Below are positions 50,811 through 56,544 of a stretch of DNA of 64,000 nucleotides, piece after piece (positions within the stretch are counted from its first letter, which is position 1; every line of letters begins with the position of its first letter). A program made the position numbers and the translations under genes. The notes beneath the pieces are model-generated. The model ran no database searches and had not been told where the DNA came from. It worked only from the letters and a program-made list of their open reading frames with translations. This stretch comes from Candidatus Onthoplasma sp. (lineage in GTDB: Bacteria; Bacillota; Clostridia; Christensenellales; UBA1242), in NCBI GenBank assembly GCA_045126575.1, contig JBGVOQ010000023.1, positions 17,382 to 81,381 of the forward strand, read 5' to 3'.

Positions 50811-50833
50811 CAAAAAACTTAACCAAATAAAAT

Positions 50834-50900
50834 AAAACGGAACAAAATGGGGTTCGCACGCAAGCTTTCTGCGAATCCCCATTTTTTATTGTTCCGTTTT
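50834..50900 (+). other. Long imperfect hairpin (candidate single-strand origin or terminator)
   Basis: AAAACGGAACAA-AATGGGG-TTCGCA ... TGCGAA-TCCCCAT-(TTTTTA)-TTGTTCCGTTTT. About 25 paired positions. Confidence 0.4.
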
Positions 50901-50937
50901 ACATATTTTCAATGGTTCATAAAAAACATGGACTTTT

Positions 50938-51104
50938 TTTCATTTAGACCACGTACTTTTATCATTCTCGTGGTTTTTATATATAGAGGTATATAAAATT
51001 TTATATCTCCACAAAACAATCTAAATGTAAAAATTTTTAACAAATTTTCATTTAGGGGGTCCCTTTTTGCCATTCTCGTGCCTTATATATGAAGGGCATA
51101 TAAA
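50938..51104 (+). repeat. Two roughly 60-bp imperfect direct repeats, 108 bp apart (iteron-like)
   Basis: Both units read TTTCATTTAG-15 nt-CATTCTCGTG-..TTATATAT..(A/G)GG.ATATAAA. Unit A spans 50938-50998 and unit B spans 51046-51104. Confidence 0.6.
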
Positions 51105-51414
51105 TGATACATTGATGATGTATTAAGAAACAAAGTTCCTATATAAAGGATACACAAATGTTGTGGTAATACTAAAACATTTATGATATTTATTAAATAT
51201 CTCTCAAAACAAACAATCGCTTTGGGTTTTGTTTGGGAAAACTTTGGAAATTGTACAGGTAAAGTTCCTTCTATTTCTCGATAATTTGTGATATTAATAA
51301 AGCATATCTCAAACTCTTGTCAATAACTTGGCAACAAACTCTCAATAAAATGGCAAGTAATGTCATGGTTTTTGAAATATGACCTGTAATACAATTTAAA
51401 CAAGGAGGTTAACA

Positions 51415-51549
51415 ATGAAAGTTAAATTTAAAAATCAACATAATACTGATGTTTTAGATAAAGATTTTTATCTATTGCTTTTTAACAACATTGTTAATCT
51501 TAAAAAGGAGGCGGACAATGAATTATGCTCAAACAAAAGTGTACAATGA
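51415..51549 (+). CDS. Possible 44-aa ORF overlapping the Rep start
   Basis: AAGGAGG RBS 6 nt upstream. It reads MKVKFKNQHNTDVLDKDFYLLLFNNIVNLKKEADNELCSNKSVQ. It is below the ORF-track cutoff, and no homology is recognised. Confidence 0.3.
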   Translation: MKVKFKNQHNTDVLDKDFYLLLFNNIVNLKKEADNELCSNKSVQ

Positions 51550-52387
51550 TGGCAGTCATTTTATAGGCATACCTAAAACTACTCAGCCATGGAAAAAGAA
51601 AAAGTCTAAATCTAACAATCAATCAAAAGAAAAAGAGATATTTGAACAAACATACAAAGAAAGCAATAACAAAACAAAGAAAGAAAAGATTGAAAATATA
51701 AGTAAAGTATTAGAACCACATTTTAAAGATAAGAAAGAACTCGATGAATTTATAAAAGAAAATATGGATAGGAAGAAAAGGAATTTAATAGTAAGAAGAA
51801 ATAGATTATCTAAAAAGATTAATTTACATAAATGGCATTACTTTTGCACTTTTACCTATGATGACAAATTGCATACAGAAGAAAATTTTAGAAAATCACT
51901 ATCTAACACATTAAAGCATTTATCAAATCGTAAAGGTTGGAGATATATAGGTGTATGGGAGCGAAGTCCTACAAATAACAGGTTACACTTTCACGGATTA
52001 TTCTATACCCCTATTATGATTGGTGAGTTTGAAGAAATTAAAGATTATTCAACCAAGAAACACGAAATGCAGATTGCTAATCAAAATACTTACTTTTTAA
52101 AAAGATTTGGAAGAAATGATTTTAAGTATATTGTAGGTAGCCAACATATAGACGAGTCTAAAAACTATCTTATGAAATACCTTGAAAAATCTGGTGAAAG
52201 AATTGTATATAGCAGAGGCCTATATACTTACTTTGTATCAGATATATTGGAAGATGACATAGTTTGCACCATAGGACAAGAAGATAGAAAGATACTTTTA
52301 TTCGATAACTTTAATTGCTTAATTGATGGCGAAGTGATTGGACAAGTCAGTCAAGAAATAATAGATAAAATGCCAAAAACAAATTAA
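51518..52387 (+). CDS. Rolling-circle replication initiator (HUH endonuclease superfamily Rep)
   Basis: The start MNYAQTK has an AAGGAGG RBS. Motif I is HYFCTFTYD, motif II (HUH) is RLHFHGLFY, and motif III (catalytic Tyr) is NYLMKYLEK. Confidence 0.75.
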   Translation: MNYAQTKVYNDGSHFIGIPKTTQPWKKKKSKSNNQSKEKEIFEQTYKESNNKTKKEKIENISKVLEPHFKDKKELDEFIKENMDRKKRNLIVRRNRLSKKINLHKWHYFCTFTYDDKLHTEENFRKSLSNTLKHLSNRKGWRYIGVWERSPTNNRLHFHGLFYTPIMIGEFEEIKDYSTKKHEMQIANQNTYFLKRFGRNDFKYIVGSQHIDESKNYLMKYLEKSGERIVYSRGLYTYFVSDILEDDIVCTIGQEDRKILLFDNFNCLIDGEVIGQVSQEIIDKMPKTN

Positions 52388-52535
52388 TTTGTCTTTCGCT
52401 AGTCGGTTTAAACGAAAACTCTTTTAAGTCAAGGGTAAAGTGCATTGATTCTCAACCCTTGACTTAAAAACAAAAACTTAAAACTAAAATATCAAAATCC
52501 CTTTTCGTTTCTGCCGATTGTTGTCGAAAGACAAA
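52388..52535. repeat. Nested inverted-repeat structure between rep and the recombinase gene
   Basis: Outer 11-bp perfect IR: TTTGTCTTTCG (52388-52398) with CGAAAGACAAA (52525-52535). Middle IR: AAACGAAAA (52410-52418) with TTTTCGTTT (52502-52510). Inner 13-bp perfect IR: TTAAGTCAAGGGT (52424-52436) with ACCCTTGACTTAA (52455-52467), separated by 18 nt. Confidence 0.75.
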
Positions 52536-52563
52536 AATATATATAAATTAAAAGGAGTTAAAT

Positions 52564-54024
52564 ATGAAAACAGCAGTTATATATGCTAGATATAGCAGTG
52601 ATAACCAAACTGAACAAAGTATTGAAGGGCAATTAAGAGTTTGTCAAGATTATGCACAAAGAAATGACATAGTTATTCTTAACACATACATTGACCGAGC
52701 AATGACAGGTACTAATGATAATAGACCAGATTTTCAACAAATGATTAAAGATAGTTATAACAAGGAATGGAATTATGTGTTGGTATATAAACTTGATAGA
52801 TTTAGTAGAGATAGATACGAAACATCTATCCACAAACACACATTACAACAAAATGGTGTAAAACTTATTTCAGCTATGGAAAATATACCAGATACGCCAG
52901 AAGGAATTATTCTAGAAGCATTAATTGAAGGAATGAATCAATATTATTCAGCAGAACTTGCACAAAAGATTAAAAGAGGCATGAAAGAAACTCGCCTAAA
53001 AGGACTTTACCAAGGCGGTGGCTTACCTTATGGTTATAAAGTTCAAGATAGAAAAATTATGCTTAATGAATTAGAATATAGAAATGTTCAATTCATGTTT
53101 AATCAATATGCAAGAGGTTTTAGAGTAAAACACATTATTGAAACTTTAACAAGTCAAGGTGTTTTAAACAAAGGTAAACCATTTGAAGAAAATATTGTAT
53201 ATCGCATGTTAAGAAATGAAAAATATACAGGTGTATACAATCACAATGGGGAGATTATAGAAAACATGTACCCTCCTATCATTTCAAAAGAACTTTATGA
53301 AAAAGCACAAATAAGCATAAAAAACAATAGATATGGTAAAAGCAGTTTAACGACAAATTATTTACTAAAAGGTAAAATAAGATGTGGTTATTGTGGCAAT
53401 ACTATAAGTTCTGATTGTGGCACACTACGAAATGGAACATTGGTCCACTATTATAAATGTCGAGGAAAGAAACGGCATAAAATCAATTGTCCTAATAAAA
53501 GTATTAGAAAGGAACTTTTAGAGGAAATTATTATAACCAAAATAATCGAAGAATTACAAAAACCTAAAAATCTAAATATTGTTGTTGACAATGTTTTACA
53601 ACTACAAGATAATTGCATTGAAAACAATACTAAACTTAAATATTTAGAAAAAGAAATAAAGCACAAGCAATCTCAACTTAATAATATTATAAAAGCTATT
53701 GAATGCGGTGTTGTCAGCAAAACAACAGCATTAAGAGTTAAAGAACTTGAAACCCAAATTGAAGAACTTGATAAAGAAATCTTAATAGAACACAATACAC
53801 AATCATTTAGAATGTCAAGAGAAGAAATTGAAAGGTTTTATGCAGACGCTTTAAAACGAGAACCAATGTTATTGATAAACTATTTGATAAAAGAAATTAA
53901 ACTATATAACGATAAGCTTGAAATACAACTTAATAATCCAATAAAAAAGAGTCCAAATAACGATTTGGATTCTTCTTTTTTATTTAAAACTAAATTGTTT
54001 AAAGACATTGAGATATATGTATAG
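52564..54024 (+). CDS. Large serine recombinase
   Basis: N-terminal resolvase catalytic domain (AVIYARYSSDNQ...SIEGQ...DRFSRD), the recombinase domain, a zinc ribbon (CGYCGN...YYKCRGKK...CPN) and a C-terminal coiled coil. Size of 486 aa. Confidence 0.9.
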   Translation: MKTAVIYARYSSDNQTEQSIEGQLRVCQDYAQRNDIVILNTYIDRAMTGTNDNRPDFQQMIKDSYNKEWNYVLVYKLDRFSRDRYETSIHKHTLQQNGVKLISAMENIPDTPEGIILEALIEGMNQYYSAELAQKIKRGMKETRLKGLYQGGGLPYGYKVQDRKIMLNELEYRNVQFMFNQYARGFRVKHIIETLTSQGVLNKGKPFEENIVYRMLRNEKYTGVYNHNGEIIENMYPPIISKELYEKAQISIKNNRYGKSSLTTNYLLKGKIRCGYCGNTISSDCGTLRNGTLVHYYKCRGKKRHKINCPNKSIRKELLEEIIITKIIEELQKPKNLNIVVDNVLQLQDNCIENNTKLKYLEKEIKHKQSQLNNIIKAIECGVVSKTTALRVKELETQIEELDKEILIEHNTQSFRMSREEIERFYADALKREPMLLINYLIKEIKLYNDKLEIQLNNPIKKSPNNDLDSSFLFKTKLFKDIEIYV

Positions 54025-54203
54025 TGGCTATTTATTCCACGGTGTCCTTGACACGAGGCTCTTTGAAATGGTTGTTTTAGGGCATGCGGTCAAGGGAAAG
54101 AAGTTGCAAGCAACTATCTTCCTTGCCCTTGGCAACAAGCCTAAACCATTTCATCTCATGTCAAGCACCTTTCGCGGCATAAACCGCCACATAAAAATTT
54201 ATA

Positions 54204-55070
54204 TTACAAATTATTTGCATCCACATCAAAACCAACAGCCTTCATATTTTTAACCAATTTATTTCTCCATCCACCTTCTTCACCATCGTAATTATTGTAC
54301 ACAACACCTATTATATCCGAAGGGACTTCAACTTCTCCTTGTTTTAATACAAAAACTTTATTTCTGCCCAACTTACCAAGAAAATAACCTAGTTCCATTA
54401 TAACATTTTGACGGGCTCTTAATTTTAATTCAACTTCTTGTTTAGCTTTGCCCAAATCATCATCACTTAACAAAATTATAGCATAAGAAGCTTTGCTTGC
54501 ATGTTCTTCAAATTTTTCTATAATAGTATTTCCACAATCCGCATTCTCATGCAAAATAATTGGATTAAATTTTAATTGAATAAGTGTTCTGGCAACAACT
54601 TGTTTTAACTCATTGTTATGACCATGAACAATAAATACATTTTCATTAATTGTAAGTTTTTCATCATTCTTCTCAGATTGTATTTTGTTTGTTTGTTTTC
54701 TTGTTGAGTTTGCATCAACAATAGAACATAGCTCAATAATGCTGAATACTTCCTGATTTAATTGAGAATTCATTTCATTTAAAATTTTTTGACTTTCGCT
54801 TTCTCCAAAATAGTTTCCAAAATTGTAGGGACCTTCTTTTTTAATTTGAGTATTATATTTTTCAACATTTTCATTTATTAAGTTATCTCTTTTTAAATAT
54901 TCAATTTCGATTGCTTTAATAAACGAATCTTCTACAAATGTTTTTTTAGCCATTTGTAGAATTTCTTTCACCCATAAAGAAATTCTAGATCTTCTATTAT
55001 TGAAATCCATATTTTTATTTGTGAGATTTAAGCCTGCAACTTTTATTGTGTCATAATCAAATTCTTTCAT
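54204..55070 (-). CDS. TIR-like nucleotide-binding protein (CAP12/PycTIR-type, COG4271-like) with unknown roughly 140-aa N-terminal domain
   Basis: The start MKEFDYD has an AAGGAG RBS. The C-terminal half reads VFIVHGHNNELKQVVARTL...GNTIIEKFEEH...AIILLSDDDLG...LRARQNVIMELGYFLGKLGRNKVFVL...VPSDIIGVVY. This matches the conserved blocks of that TIR-like family. Confidence 0.7.
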   Translation of the reverse strand: MKEFDYDTIKVAGLNLTNKNMDFNNRRSRISLWVKEILQMAKKTFVEDSFIKAIEIEYLKRDNLINENVEKYNTQIKKEGPYNFGNYFGESESQKILNEMNSQLNQEVFSIIELCSIVDANSTRKQTNKIQSEKNDEKLTINENVFIVHGHNNELKQVVARTLIQLKFNPIILHENADCGNTIIEKFEEHASKASYAIILLSDDDLGKAKQEVELKLRARQNVIMELGYFLGKLGRNKVFVLKQGEVEVPSDIIGVVYNNYDGEEGGWRNKLVKNMKAVGFDVDANNL

Positions 55071-55415
55071 AGCTTTCTCCTTTTGTAAAAATTTTCGCAA
55101 AACGCTTGCTCGACTACAAGAAATATGTTAATATACTACTAGGGATTAGTATAAAACATAAAATGGCTTTGCTAAATAAAATAACACTAGCACAAAAATA
55201 GGGCTAGTGCTATTTTTTAATAAAGTAATCTCCTTTATTAAACTTACTAGCACTACCCCTTTTTACCAGTATATTTTATCTATAAATGAGTGTATCAAAA
55301 AATTTCAAAAAAGTCAAACTATTTGAGGTGTTTGTAAAAATATCTCAATTCTAAAAATTTAGCAATTTTTTTGAAAATCAAATTTTGAAATTTGGAAATT
55401 TTAAGCGATAAACCA

Positions 55416-55448
55416 TTAAAAAATAGCCAAGTGATTCGACTTAGCTAT
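55416..55448 (-). terminator. Rho-independent terminator of tmRNA
   Basis: On the minus strand, ATAGCTAAGT-CGAATC-ACTTGGCTAT (10 bp, one G-U pair) is followed by TTTTTT. It starts 4 nt after the CCA end. Confidence 0.6.
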
Positions 55449-55452
55449 CAGT

Positions 55453-55794
55453 TGGTGGAGGTGATGGGAGTCGAACCCATGTCCATCATAAAATGTTATA
55501 CATACTCTACATACTTAGTTGAAGAATTGCTCTCACTCTGCCGAGGTGCTTCAACCACCTTGCAAAGCCAGCCTAAAATTACAATCCTATGTCCTAGGCA
55601 AAACATAAAATTGTTGACCGATAACCGACGCCAGACTTTGCCATATCGGTACTAGCAAACTGACGGTTGCGCTAACTAAGCTGCAACAGCAACTGTTCTG
55701 TTGTTATTTATTTAAAAAGTTTTGTGTACTTAACGTGCCACCGCACGATATGCATACCTATAACACCCTACAATGTCGAAACCATTACACCCCC
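55453..55794 (-). ncRNA. ssrA: tmRNA (SsrA)
   Basis: The minus strand starts GGGGGTGTAATGGTTTCGAC and ends GGGTTCGACTCCCATCACCTCCACCA. The acceptor stem has G3-U, there is a T-arm, and an internal tag ORF ends GTT GCT GTT GCA GCT TAG (..RTVAVAA*). It lies immediately downstream of smpB. Confidence 0.9.
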
Positions 55795-55949
55795 ATATTG
55801 CAATTAAAATTGTAGTGATAACTTAATAATGAAGAACTAAAAATTTAATTGTAATAATTTTTCATTATCCATTTTTCATTATTCATTAAAAATTATAATT
55901 ATGAATCAAAACTGATTAATTAATAATTATGGATAATGTTGTAAAATTA

Positions 55950-56396
55950 TTAATAAATTTCCCTGCTCATTCGGCGGTCAATATCCTTTTGTTTGATACT
56001 TTCACGCTTATCGTAGGTCTTTTTACCTTTTGCTTCGGCAATGGTAAGTTTTAAGTACGAGCCATCAAAATATGCCTTGATTGGCACAACGGTAAGCCCT
56101 TCCTGCTCAACCGCTTTTTGCAATTTTGCAATTTCAGTTTTGTGCAATAAAAGTTTTCGGTCCTTACGCTCATCCGCTTTTTTGCGACTGCCATCATAAG
56201 CATTAGAATATTGTTCAATATAAGCATTTTTAAGTAATACTTCGCCATGCTTAACACTAACAAAACTCTCCTTAATCGACATATGGCCTGCACGCACAGC
56301 CTTAATTTCATCACCCGTAAGCACAATACCTGCCTCGTACTTGTCTAGCAAGAAATACAAGTAACTTGCATTAGGATTATTACAAACTATCTTCAT
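55950..56396 (-). CDS. smpB: SsrA-binding protein SmpB
   Basis: The 148-aa sequence has A.N.KA...Y...d..EAGivL.G.EiKs.R-type blocks (NPNASYLYFLLDKYEAGIVLTGDEIKAVR). Its position between rnr and ssrA is the conserved one. Confidence 0.95.
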   Translation of the reverse strand: MKIVCNNPNASYLYFLLDKYEAGIVLTGDEIKAVRAGHMSIKESFVSVKHGEVLLKNAYIEQYSNAYDGSRKKADERKDRKLLLHKTEIAKLQKAVEQEGLTVVPIKAYFDGSYLKLTIAEAKGKKTYDKRESIKQKDIDRRMSREIY

Positions 56397-56544
56397 ATTT
56401 CCTCCTAGTTTGATTTGAATATCGAAATATTCAACAACTATTATATCATATTTTTAGAAATTTTCAATAAATTTTATACAATTTTTATCACATTAATAAA
56501 CATTAACTAAAAAAGATTGACTATTTATGTCAATCCTTTGTTTT

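Larger units (their letters stand above)
50736..54203 (+). mobile_element. Integrated rolling-circle-replicon-like module (origin hairpins, Rep, large serine recombinase)
   Basis: An HUH Rep gene, an upstream GC-rich hairpin containing CTTGATA, iteron-like repeats, nested inverted repeats and a 486-aa serine recombinase. The boundaries are approximate. Confidence 0.5.

Noticed and set aside
54044-54170. Possible SRP (4.5S/scRNA) gene, because of GGTCAAGGGAAAGAAG resembling GUCAGGUCCGGAAGGAAGCAGC
   Set aside because: The conserved GGAAGCAGC motif and GNRA apical loop are missing. The apex is CAAG and the symmetric-loop pattern is absent.
54008-54253. 81-aa plus-strand ORF between the recombinase and TIR-like genes
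   Set aside because: It has a non-ATG start and no RBS, overlaps the ends of both convergent genes, and coincides with the long hairpin. That region is more likely structured non-coding DNA.
55392-55655. 87-aa plus-strand ORF
   Set aside because: It lies antisense across the tmRNA terminator and the 3' half of tmRNA. It is an artefact.
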